Shown piece after piece: positions 28,801 to 37,510 of a DNA stretch of 64,000 nt (its first letter is position 1; the number at the start of each line of letters is the position of its first letter). The position numbers and the translations under genes are program-made. The stretch comes from Longimicrobiales bacterium. GTDB lineage: Bacteria; Gemmatimonadota; Gemmatimonadetes; Longimicrobiales; Gaopeijiaceae. The stretch is taken from NCBI GenBank assembly GCA_965116905.1, contig OZ220732.1:1664001-1728000 (forward strand). The letters are read 5' to 3'. A model generated the notes under the pieces. It saw nothing but the letters and a program-made list of their open reading frames with translations, was not told where the DNA came from and searched no databases.

Positions 28801-30024
28801 ATGGACCCGCGCGGTGGTGCGGCCGGCTTCGGCCCGGCCCGCGATTTGGGCATGGGTCAGCTGTTCGACGGCGCCTCCTTCCTGCTGCCTCTCGGCGGAA
28901 GCGGCACGCAGCAAGCGGCGGACGGCGGAATCCCGAACATCGCGGCGTGGGGCAGCGGCGAGTATCAGAACCTGTCGCGCAACCGCACCGGATCGGTCGA
29001 CTGGGATGGGAACATGTTGAACATGCACGTGGGCACCGACGTCCAGCTGCGCTGGGATGTCCTCGTGGGAGTTGCGGCGAGCCGGTCCGCCGGCGAGTTC
29101 GACTTCACGGACGAAACGGGGCCCAGCGACGTCGACGGCACCTACATGAGCGAGATGACCACCGTGAACCCCTACGCCGCGTGGTTCCTCGGCCGTGGCG
29201 GGGTGGTCGCGTGGGCGACCGGCGGCTTCGGGTGGGGCGACGTCGAAATCGAGGATGAACGCCAGGCCCTGCGCCGGAGCGGCACCACCATGATGAGCGG
29301 GGCGGTGGGCGCCAGCGGGATCCTCGTGTCGACGGGCTCCGCCAAGCTGCGTGTCCGGGCGGAAGGCTGGATGTCGCAGGCCGAGGTGGAAGGAAGCGCC
29401 GAGGTGGAGGCGATGTCCCTGGAGATGCGGAGGGGGCGTCTGGCCCTGGAATGGCAGCAGGGGTATCGGTTCCGGGGACACGAGGTCTCGGCCGTCGTGG
29501 AGGGCGGCCTGCGCTACGACGACGGCAACGCGGGCAACGGTGAAGGCGCCGAGGTCGGGGGTGGCCTCCGGTACGTGAGCCCGAGGTCACGGCTGATCGT
29601 CGAGGGTCGGGGACGGGTGCTCGCGACCGGGCACTTCGGCTACGAGGAGTGGGGTGTCAGCGGCATGGTCCAGTTCGACATGCACCGCCGCGGCGATGGA
29701 TTCTCGATGCGGCTGGCGCCCGCCTGGGGTGACGCGTCGAGCGGCGTGCAGCAGCTGTGGGACCGCGGCGTGACCGACCGGCTCGGCACCGGCGCACTCG
29801 CCAGGGCCCGCATGGACGCCGAGGTCGAATACGGACTTCCTGACTTCGGCGGCACGCCATACGGCCGGCTCTACCTGCTGGATGGCGGCGACCGTGCGTT
29901 CGGAACGGGCGTGCGCTACGAAATCAGCCGCGTCATGAACATGCGCCTCGAGGCGACGCGGAGGGAAAGCGTCCTCAACGGGGCACGGCACGGGCTCACC
30001 CTCAGAGGCCAGTTGAAGTTCTAG
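25804..30024 (+). CDS. Large autotransporter-like adhesin: Ig-like + SwmB-like + 7 fibronectin type III repeats + C-terminal beta-barrel
   Basis: Signal peptide (AQA); 7 repeats P.AP..L.ATA...I.LSW..P...GG..ITGYRIE...YRV.A.N..G.G..S; barrel ending LRGQLKF; start uncertain. Confidence 0.88.
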   Translation: MRVWMPWVAAGVVLLSPTSAQAQQAPFEDGDGERVAGVEGGRLGNVAGRAGSARVASVRSITTDEDLPANGKFTVTVRFSGNVTGFDLDEVEVTPNGSVSNLHEVSADEYDFDVTPDDDYDGPLTVRIKTNAVNEGNAAYSETFEVDTIEPELEDATVDGDELILTYDEPLDEDSEPGTGRFIVHVGTADHFPDRVRVRGDEVILTLDNPVDRGDRVRIDYEYGSGGRIQDIAGNEADELTNESVTNNTTASNRYPSAPRDLRATADGQTVIELDWRAPVSAGTGGTIIGYRIEESRDGGTSWRTLESDTGDDDTDYRHTGLSKGTTRHYRVSAWNDEGRGPVSNEASATTDSDVPGAPTGLTATANGQDRIDLSWTAPTNEGDGITGYRIEAREGTGGSWDDHVANTGPTQTTYSHRNLDAGSRWYYRVLAISSAGDGPTSNVANATTDIGRPGRPLALSATAVGQNRIRLAWSPPTDDGGASITSYRIEVSRTGTSGWLLVTANHRTTTYTHTGLSPGSRRFYRVAAVNSQGAGPFSRVANATTAATVPSAPSNLVATAHGRTQINLSWRTPISNGGADISGYRIEVSSNGGNTWTTRVANTGNSLTRYEHKGLSPASTRHYRVYAINSAGTGPASNVANATTDATVPGAPQRLTATANGQSRIDLTWQAPTSDGGAEITGYRIESSSNKTSWRTLRSNHQGTSFSNVGLAPATTRHYRVSAVNVAGTGPPSNIATATTDATVPGPPTALSATADGTSKIDLSWTAPSYDGGAALTGYRIQSAPSGNGPWTDLEANTGSTATTHSDTGLAPATTRYYRVFAINSVGSGRSSGVVRATTDATVPDAPTGLAATDVSPTQIDLTWTAPGYNGGAPITSYKVEVSADAGSTWGVLVPSTAATGTSYSHIGLEPGSTRHYRVSATNVAGTGLPSNVASASTDDPVQRAGRVNAEVLPHAVAALTSSTVSAISGRIEAVAAGVPYGRQATMGLLASGLNGAAMDPRGGAAGFGPARDLGMGQLFDGASFLLPLGGSGTQQAADGGIPNIAAWGSGEYQNLSRNRTGSVDWDGNMLNMHVGTDVQLRWDVLVGVAASRSAGEFDFTDETGPSDVDGTYMSEMTTVNPYAAWFLGRGGVVAWATGGFGWGDVEIEDERQALRRSGTTMMSGAVGASGILVSTGSAKLRVRAEGWMSQAEVEGSAEVEAMSLEMRRGRLALEWQQGYRFRGHEVSAVVEGGLRYDDGNAGNGEGAEVGGGLRYVSPRSRLIVEGRGRVLATGHFGYEEWGVSGMVQFDMHRRGDGFSMRLAPAWGDASSGVQQLWDRGVTDRLGTGALARARMDAEVEYGLPDFGGTPYGRLYLLDGGDRAFGTGVRYEISRVMNMRLEATRRESVLNGARHGLTLRGQLKF

Positions 30025-30081
30025 CCAGATTATCTGGCCAGATCTGCAGCCAGATTTGCGGTCCGCCCGCTGGCGCCCCGC

Positions 30082-33000
30082 TCAGTTTCCGGGGCGCCAG
30101 CGGCTGACCGGCAGCGTGTCCGTCTTCATGATGTCGTCGTTGACCCAATAGTACGGTCCGAAGGGCCGGGGCGCGGGCCAGACTTCGTCCATGGTGGCCG
30201 CGTCGTACACGACTCCGTCCTTCATCACGAGATCGATGTCCAGCGTGTTCTCGATGTCGTCGAGCGGATTCGATCCCAGCACCATCAGGTCCGCGTACTT
30301 GCCCGGCGCGAGGCTCCCGAGTTCCTCCTGAAGCCCGATCATGCGGGCCCCGTGCACGCTGGCCACCTCGAGGGCCCCCAGCGGTCCCAGCGCCTCGGCG
30401 TACATCCACACCTCCCAGTGCGAAGCCGGCCCGTGCTGCTGACCGTGTGACCCGATGCCACCGTAGCCGCCCGCGGCGATCACGTCGGCAAGTCCCTCGG
30501 CCACCAGGCTGAACCCGTAGTCGGTCTCCGGGCGCATCATGCGCCGGCGCGCGTGGGGGATCAGGTGGCGCCAGGGGAGCCAGCGCCGGCTCTTCTCGTC
30601 CAGCCAGGTGTCCTCGCGCTGGAAAAAGTACTCCTCGGCCCACGGAGACGATCCCCCCACGACAACGGTCGGCGAATAGTAGAAGCCTGCCTGCCCCAGG
30701 AACCGCGAGACATCCGAATAGATGGGGAACTGCACCAGCGCGTGTTCGAAGCCGGCGTGCCCGTCCATCACGAGCCCGATGTTGTGCGAGATGTCGAAGT
30801 TGCCCCCTTCGGAGGTGGCGATCATGCCGCGTTCCCGGGCCGCGTCCACCAGCCACTGCGCCCGCCGGCGATTGGGCTGGAGGTACTGCTTGATGCTCTC
30901 GGCCCCCCAGTTCTGCAGCCGCGCGGCCTGATGATCCGCGTCCTCGCGCGAGACCACGTCGGCCTTCCAGGGGGTGTCGCCCGCGGTCAGGGTTTCGCCG
31001 GTTGCGTAGATGCGCGGCCCGATCATCGCGCGCGCCTGGACCAGATCCTTCGTGCTCCACGTGTTGACTGACCATGCGGCCGGGTCTCGCGTCGTGGTCA
31101 CGCCGTACGCCAGGTATGCGGCGTGCTCGAAGCCCCGCTCCGGCAGGAGTCCGGCGGACTGCCGGTTGTGGTGCCCGTGCACGTCGATCCACCCTGGAAT
31201 GACGGTCTTGCCGGTGCCGTCGATGGTATGGTCGGCGCCGGAGGTGTCGCATGATCCGACACACACGATGCGCCCCTGCGCCGTGACCACGTCGGCCCCT
31301 TCGATCACCCCGGCTTCGTCGAGGGTGACGACGCGCGCGTTCGTGATGGCCACGGACCCCTCGGGGACATTCCGGGGGACGGTGAGGCGGAGGTCGGCGG
31401 ACGATGTCTCGCCGCTGGCCAGGTCATGGGTGGTGTACCGGGCGCCGCCGCTCCCGAACTCCAGCGTCGAGGCATCGCGCCAGCGCGGGAAGAGTCCGCC
31501 TTCGGTCGTCAATCGCGTGACGGGCAGGCTGCCGGCGTTGCGCGAAATCGCCGGCACCGCGTCCGAGGAGCGTGCCGACGGCAAGGGCGCCACGAAGACG
31601 TCGCCGACCGTGACGAAGGCCACGTGCGTGGCATCCGGAGACGCCACCGCCTCGACCGATGCCGGCAGGCGGACGTGTTCCCGGCGGTCCGCGCCGTCGG
31701 CGGTCACGGAAACGAGCGTGCCGCCGCCCACGAAATAGATGCGCCCGTCATCGCCCCAGCTGGCCAGCGGCGCCAATGCGCCCATCTCGCGGGGGACCCT
31801 CACGACCGCCGTGCCGCCGGCCGGACCCGCCTGCGCGCCGCCACCACCACCCCCGGCCGCCCGGAACCGCACCAGTTCGTGCCACGGATTGTCCTCCGGC
31901 GTGCGCCCGCGCGCTGTGGCCCCCGCGCTCCGCGCCACGAGGATTTCGCTGCCGTCCGGACTCCACACCGGGTTCATGTACTCGGCTGGGCGGTCGGAGA
32001 CGCGCGTCGGCTCGCCGCCATCGGCCGGGATGCGCCACAGGTGGCCGCCTTCGGCCCAGTCGAACGTGGTGAAGGCGATCTCGGTCCCATCCGGCGACCA
32101 CGCCGGCGCGTACTCGAAGCCCGCGAACGAACCGGGAGTGAGCCGGCGGGGCTCTCCACCCGCCGCATCCTGGATCCAGAGTTTGCCGACGCCCTCGAAG
32201 ACGATGTCCCGTCCGTCGCGCGACCCGGTGGGCCAGCGCAGGAAACGCGCGTCGAACGTCCCCTCGGGAATGCTCCTGGTTGCGTACGCCATCTCCGAGA
32301 TCGTGCGCTGCACGCTCGCCGTGAACGGCACGGTCCCCACGCTCCCGCTGCCCGGGTCCAGCTCGCGGATGCCACCGCCCTGCGACAGGTAGATGCGCCT
32401 GCCGTCGGCGGACCAGGTGAACCGGGGGAGAATCGGTGCCGCCCGCGTGATCTCTTGCGACATGTCCCACTCCACCGGGTCCATCACCAGGCGCTCGGTG
32501 CCGTCTTCCAGGTCCCGCAGCCACAGCCCGGTCCGCGGACCGAAGACGTGGCCCCGATACTCGAGCAGACCGTCGGGGATGCGTCGCCCGAACGCGAGGA
32601 AGCGTCCGTCCGGAGAGACTTCGGGGGCGAAGGCGCCGCCGCTGGTCATCCGCCCCTGCTGCTGGGACTGTCCGCTCGTGATTCGGGTGATTTCGCCGGT
32701 GGCGAGTTCCAGCCGACGGATCTGGAAGTCCCCCCTGGACGAGTCCTGCCCCCCATACGGAAGGATCGATCCCACGAACTGGTGGAAGTAGAGGTACCGT
32801 CCATCGGGCGAGACCGACGGCCAGCCCGGCATCTCGGTGGTGTACGGGACGAGCTCGATCCCCGTGCCGCCGTCGCGGTGGTACATGAACAGGCCGTAGG
32901 AAAAGAGCCCGCCGCCGGCCATGTCCGTCTGGCGCACGATGATGTACTGGCCGTCCGGGGTCCACACCGGCTCCATCGCGCGGATGTTGATGTTCGTGAA

Positions 33001-33459
33001 CACCGCGCGCGGATCCGTGCCGTCGGCGTTCATGATCCAGAGGTTGTTCTGGCCCTCGCGGTCCGAAATGAACGCGATCTCCGAACCGTCCGGCGAGAAG
33101 ACGGGATGGATGTTGAGCGCGAGCCCCGAGTTCTGCGTGATGCTGGCCGCCTCGCCGCCGCCCGCGGGCATCCGGTAGATGTGCCCGAGCAGGTCGAAGA
33201 CGAGCCACTCCCCGTCCGGCGAGACATCGACCGACATCCAGGTGCCCTCGGTTGTGGTGAAGGCGATCTCGCGAGTCTCGCCGCGGGGCATCGTGATGTC
33301 CCATTCGGCGGGCGACTGGGCGGACGCCGGCGATTGGCCGGAGGCTGGCGACAGGGCGGACGCCGGCGATTGGCCGGAGGCTGGCGACAGGGCGGACGCT
33401 GGCGACAGGCTCAGGGCGGCCGCGAGTACGAGCAGGTTGGCCGGGATTGCGTTCGACAC
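30082..33459 (-). CDS. Secreted amidohydrolase with N-terminal TolB/PD40 beta-propellers
   Basis: EGTWMSVDVSPDG, many SPDG repeats, PGWIDVHGH, AYGVTT, GSLAPGKYADL. Confidence 0.9.
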   Translation of the reverse strand: MSNAIPANLLVLAAALSLSPASALSPASGQSPASALSPASGQSPASAQSPAEWDITMPRGETREIAFTTTEGTWMSVDVSPDGEWLVFDLLGHIYRMPAGGGEAASITQNSGLALNIHPVFSPDGSEIAFISDREGQNNLWIMNADGTDPRAVFTNINIRAMEPVWTPDGQYIIVRQTDMAGGGLFSYGLFMYHRDGGTGIELVPYTTEMPGWPSVSPDGRYLYFHQFVGSILPYGGQDSSRGDFQIRRLELATGEITRITSGQSQQQGRMTSGGAFAPEVSPDGRFLAFGRRIPDGLLEYRGHVFGPRTGLWLRDLEDGTERLVMDPVEWDMSQEITRAAPILPRFTWSADGRRIYLSQGGGIRELDPGSGSVGTVPFTASVQRTISEMAYATRSIPEGTFDARFLRWPTGSRDGRDIVFEGVGKLWIQDAAGGEPRRLTPGSFAGFEYAPAWSPDGTEIAFTTFDWAEGGHLWRIPADGGEPTRVSDRPAEYMNPVWSPDGSEILVARSAGATARGRTPEDNPWHELVRFRAAGGGGGGAQAGPAGGTAVVRVPREMGALAPLASWGDDGRIYFVGGGTLVSVTADGADRREHVRLPASVEAVASPDATHVAFVTVGDVFVAPLPSARSSDAVPAISRNAGSLPVTRLTTEGGLFPRWRDASTLEFGSGGARYTTHDLASGETSSADLRLTVPRNVPEGSVAITNARVVTLDEAGVIEGADVVTAQGRIVCVGSCDTSGADHTIDGTGKTVIPGWIDVHGHHNRQSAGLLPERGFEHAAYLAYGVTTTRDPAAWSVNTWSTKDLVQARAMIGPRIYATGETLTAGDTPWKADVVSREDADHQAARLQNWGAESIKQYLQPNRRRAQWLVDAARERGMIATSEGGNFDISHNIGLVMDGHAGFEHALVQFPIYSDVSRFLGQAGFYYSPTVVVGGSSPWAEEYFFQREDTWLDEKSRRWLPWRHLIPHARRRMMRPETDYGFSLVAEGLADVIAAGGYGGIGSHGQQHGPASHWEVWMYAEALGPLGALEVASVHGARMIGLQEELGSLAPGKYADLMVLGSNPLDDIENTLDIDLVMKDGVVYDAATMDEVWPAPRPFGPYYWVNDDIMKTDTLPVSRWRPGN
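33313..33412 (-). repeat. In-frame 18/36-nt tandem repeat encoding (SPASAL/SPASGQ)n after the signal peptide
   Basis: Exact 36-nt duplication GGGCGGACGCCGGCGATTGGCCGGAGGCTGGCGACA (+ strand). Confidence 0.9.
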
Positions 33460-33633
33460 TGGTTTCCTCCTTGTATGACGGGGGCGGAAAAGTCGCGTCT
33501 TGCCAGGCCCGCCGCGAGGGTTTGGTCCGGCGCGATCTGTGCCCCCTGTCGGGTTTGCCCTCTCGGCCCCACGTTATCGGTCCCCCGTTGGTCGCCAGTG
33601 AAGCCACAAGAAATGGATGGACAGGAGGAAGTC

Positions 33634-36342
33634 ATGATCCGCCGCGCTTCTCCAAGCACGCTCTCCAGCAGGATTTCCCACGCGCTCTGGGCGCTTTTGG
33701 CAATTTTTGCCATTGCCCTGCCCGGGCGCACGCTCTCGGCCCAGGACACCGGCGACGGCGCCGATCAGACGCCGCCGAGCCCGGCGGAAAGGCTCCTCGC
33801 CGCCAGGGAATGGGTGCAGCCGCCGACGGAGATCGCCGACGCGGTGCTGGCGCCGCGCTACCTGAACGTGACGCTCAACGAGCGCAGTCCGGACGGGCGC
33901 TGGTTCCTCCACATGGTGGGCGACGGCCCGGTCACGATGGACCGCTTCTCGCGTCCGTTCGACGAACTGGGCGGCCAGTTCCTGGAGCCCCAGGCGAATC
34001 GCCACCGCAGGCTGTCCACCCGGAGCTCCGTCGGGCTGCAGGTGATTTCCGCGGCCGACGGATCCGTCACCGACATCGAGGTCCCGGACGACGCACGCGT
34101 TTCTGCGGCCCAGTGGTCACCCGACGGCTCCCGGATCGCCTTCTACGTCCACTTCGACGACGCCACGCACATCCAGGTGGCCGACCCCGAGAGCGGCGAT
34201 TCGCGGCAGGTCACCCGCGACCCCGTACTCGCGACCATGGTCACCAACTTCCAGTGGACCTCCGGCGGCGAGGAGATCGCGACCGTGCTCGTTCCCGAGG
34301 ATCGCCCGTCCCGCCCCATGGCGCCGGGCGTCCCGAGCGGCCCGCAGGTCAAGCAGACGGAAGACGGCAAGAACGTGCTGCGGACCTACGCGAGCCTCAT
34401 GGCCACGCCCCATGACGAGGCGCTGCTCACGTGGCACGTCACGGGCCAGCTGGCCACGATCGCGGTCGACAACCGCCGAGTCACCACCGTCGGCGATCCG
34501 GCGATGATCCGCAGCTTCGACTTTTCGCCGGACGGACAGCACGCGCGCGTCACGACGATGGTCGAGCCGTTCAGCTACATCGTCCCCGTCACGAGCTTCG
34601 GACGCGTCGAGGAGATCTGGGACCGCGAGGGCAACGTGCTCGCCGAGATCGCCGAGACCGAACTCAACACCGGCATTCGCGGCGCCCCGTCCGCCCCCGG
34701 AGTCGCGGGGGACGAGGAGGAGCCCGACCGCCGCCAGATAGCGTGGCGCGAGGACGGGGCCGGGCTGGTCTTCCTGCGGATGGAACCCGAAGAGGACGAG
34801 GAAGAGGGCGAAGAGCCGGCCGCCGAGGAGGAGGAAGGGGACGAGGGTCCGAACGCGCGCCGCAAGGACCGCGTGGTACTCTGGTCGCCGCCCTTTGGCG
34901 AAGAGGACACGACGATCCTCTACGAGAGCGACCGGCGCATGGCCAACCACCGGTATTCGTCCGACTACGGATGGCTCTTCGTCACTCAGCGGCCCGGTGG
35001 TGGCGGGGGTGGACCGGCGGCCTTCGGCGGAGGTGGCGGTGGTGGCACCGTGACCGAGTATGCCGTCCGCCTGGACGACCCCGAGACCCGCTACACGATC
35101 AGCGAGTGGGACTCCGACGACTTCTACGCCAACCCGGGCTCGCTGCTGATGAGCGGCGGACGCGCGGCCGGAGGCGCCGTCTTCCGCTTCGGGGGCGGCG
35201 GGGGCGGGGGCGGTGGCACGCAGTTCGTGCAGATCTCGGGGGACGAGGGGGCCGAGACCGTCTTCCTGACGGGCACGCAGTACTCCGAAGATCCCCTCGC
35301 GGAGTCGCCCAGGTCATTCATGGATCGCGTCGACATCCGTACGGGTGAGAAGGAGCGCGTCTACGAGAGCTCCAACGACGGCGAGTACGAGCGCATCACC
35401 TCGGTGCTGGACGCGGCCGCGGGCCGCTTCGTCGTGCACCGGGAGTCGCCGACCGAAATCGGCCAGTCGTTTCTGGTGGACGGCGACACGCGCACGCAGC
35501 TGACGAACAACGTCGACTACACGCCCGACCTGACCAACGCGCCGCGCGAGCGGTTTACCGTCGAGCGTCCCGACGGCTTCAGCTTCCTGGTGAACGTGAC
35601 GATGCCCCCGGACTTCGAGGAGGGGCAGGAGCGCCCGGCGATGTTCTGGTTCTACCCGCGCGAGTACGAGGACCAGGAGTCGTACGACGAGGGCGCCCGG
35701 ACCTTCAACAAGAACGCCTTCCCCAACTTCGGAACCCGGTCGATCGAGTACCTCATCCGGCTCGGCTATGTCGTGGTCGAGCCCGATGCGCCGATCGTGG
35801 GCGAGGCGGGCCGGATCAACAACAACTACCAGCACGATCTGCGCAACAACCTCGCCGCGGTAATCGACGAACTGGACGAGCGCGGGATCATCGACCGCCG
35901 CAGGCTGGGACTGGGCGGCCATTCCTACGGCGCCTTCGGCACGGTCAACGCCATGGTCCACACGCCCTTCTTCAAGGCGGGGATCGCGGGCGACGGCAAC
36001 TACAACCGCACCTTCACCCCCCTGGGATTCCAGCGGGAGCGCCGCCACTTCTGGGACGCGCGCGAGGTCTATCTGGGCATGTCCCCGTTCGTCTACGCGA
36101 ACAACCTGACCGGCGCCCTGCTCCTGTACCACGGCATGCACGACCAGAATGTCGGCACGGCTCCGGACCACTCGCCGCGCCTCTTCCACGCCCTCAACGG
36201 GCTGGGCAAGGAGGCCGCGATGTACCTCTATCCGTTCGAGGACCACGGACCCGCGACCCGGGAGACGCTCCTCGACCTGTGGGCGCGCTGGGCCGCGTGG
36301 CTGGAGGTGCACCTGGCGGAGAGGGAAAGGCCGGTGACTTGA
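33634..36342 (+). CDS. Secreted S9 prolyl oligopeptidase-family peptidase
   Basis: AGGAGG RBS; WSPDG, WFYPREY, GGHSYGA, HGMHDQN, YPFEDHG; poly-Gly and poly-Glu loops. Confidence 0.9.
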   Translation: MIRRASPSTLSSRISHALWALLAIFAIALPGRTLSAQDTGDGADQTPPSPAERLLAAREWVQPPTEIADAVLAPRYLNVTLNERSPDGRWFLHMVGDGPVTMDRFSRPFDELGGQFLEPQANRHRRLSTRSSVGLQVISAADGSVTDIEVPDDARVSAAQWSPDGSRIAFYVHFDDATHIQVADPESGDSRQVTRDPVLATMVTNFQWTSGGEEIATVLVPEDRPSRPMAPGVPSGPQVKQTEDGKNVLRTYASLMATPHDEALLTWHVTGQLATIAVDNRRVTTVGDPAMIRSFDFSPDGQHARVTTMVEPFSYIVPVTSFGRVEEIWDREGNVLAEIAETELNTGIRGAPSAPGVAGDEEEPDRRQIAWREDGAGLVFLRMEPEEDEEEGEEPAAEEEEGDEGPNARRKDRVVLWSPPFGEEDTTILYESDRRMANHRYSSDYGWLFVTQRPGGGGGGPAAFGGGGGGGTVTEYAVRLDDPETRYTISEWDSDDFYANPGSLLMSGGRAAGGAVFRFGGGGGGGGGTQFVQISGDEGAETVFLTGTQYSEDPLAESPRSFMDRVDIRTGEKERVYESSNDGEYERITSVLDAAAGRFVVHRESPTEIGQSFLVDGDTRTQLTNNVDYTPDLTNAPRERFTVERPDGFSFLVNVTMPPDFEEGQERPAMFWFYPREYEDQESYDEGARTFNKNAFPNFGTRSIEYLIRLGYVVVEPDAPIVGEAGRINNNYQHDLRNNLAAVIDELDERGIIDRRRLGLGGHSYGAFGTVNAMVHTPFFKAGIAGDGNYNRTFTPLGFQRERRHFWDAREVYLGMSPFVYANNLTGALLLYHGMHDQNVGTAPDHSPRLFHALNGLGKEAAMYLYPFEDHGPATRETLLDLWARWAAWLEVHLAERERPVT

Positions 36343-36365
36343 GGGGTTGAGGGGGTTGCGGCCCC

Positions 36366-37474
36366 ATGAACGTCGGCGGCGTCTCCTACCGGGCCATCTT
36401 CACCGGGCGCGACGGGCGCGACGGGCGGGAGGTCCGGGTCATCGACCAGACGCTCCTGCCTCACCGGTTCGAGACCATCCCCCTTGAGTCGACTGCGGAC
36501 GCGGCCCGGGCGATCCGCGACATGGTCGTGCGGGGTGCGCCGCTGATCGGCGCGACCGCGGCGTACGGGATTGCGCTGGCGATGCGGTCGGACCCCTCCG
36601 ATGCTTCGCTCGACCGGGCGACCGCGCTCCTGGCGGCGACCCGGCCGACGGCGGTCAACCTGCGCTGGGCGCTCGAAGCGGCGGGTGCGCTGCTGCGGGA
36701 CACGGCGCCCGGCGAGCGCGCCGACGCGGCGTATGACTTCGCTGCCCAGCTGTGCGACGACGACGTTCGGCGCAACCGCGGCATCGGCGAGCACGGGCTC
36801 GGGGTCTTCCGGGAGATCGCGCGGGCGGGCGGGTCGCAGGCGAGCGGCGGCGGGCGCGAACTCAACGTCATGACGCACTGCAACGCGGGCTGGCTGGCGA
36901 CGGTCGACTGGGGCACCGCGACCGCACCCATGTACCTGGCCCACGACCAGGGCCTGCGCGTTCACGTCTGGGTCCGCGAGACGCGGCCTCGCTTCCAGGG
37001 CGCGGGCCTCACCTCGTGGGAACTCGGTCAGCACGGCGTACCGCACACCTTGGTGTCCGACAGCGCGGCGGGGTACCTGCTGAGCCGCGGCAAGGTCGAT
37101 GTGGTGATCGTGGGAACCGACCGCACGACCGCCGCCGGTGACGTGGCCAACAAGGTCGGCACCTACCCGCTCGCGCTGGCGGCGCGCGACACGGGGTCCC
37201 GTTCTACGTGGCCGCGCCGTCTCCGAGCATCGACTGGTCGATCGAGGACGGCGCGAGCATCCCGATCGAGGAGCGCGACCCGGAAGAGATCACCCGCGTG
37301 TGGGGCGTGGACGAGGAGGGTGTCGAGCGCCGCGTGCGGGTGGTGCCGGAGGGGACCCACGCGGCCAACTACGCCTTCGACGTGACGCCCAGGCGGCTGG
37401 TCACGGGACTGGTGACCGAACGCGGCGTGTGCGCGGCGGACCCGGAGGCGCTGGGGAGGATGTTCGGGCGATAG
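36366..37474 (+). pseudogene. mtnA: S-methyl-5-thioribose-1-phosphate isomerase, split by a 1-nt frameshift at ~37193-37196 (real or sequencing error)
   Basis: IDQTLLP, MVVRGAPLIG, TRPTAVNL, THCNAGWLAT, ETRP, DVANKVGTY in the first frame; VPFYVAAP, IPIEERDPEE, NYAFDVTP in the shifted frame. Confidence 0.88.
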
Positions 37475-37510
37475 GAGGCCCGCGCGACCGTTGTCCAGCG
37501 CTGGCAACCC

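Noticed and set aside
31426..33633. 5' extension making the S9 peptidase a 1638-aa protein
   Set aside because: Antisense to the amidohydrolase gene; the real start is ATG 33634 with AGGAGG and a signal peptide.
37188..37205. Programmed -1 ribosomal frameshift in mtnA
   Set aside because: No canonical slippery heptamer and none known for this family; a homopolymer indel is simpler.
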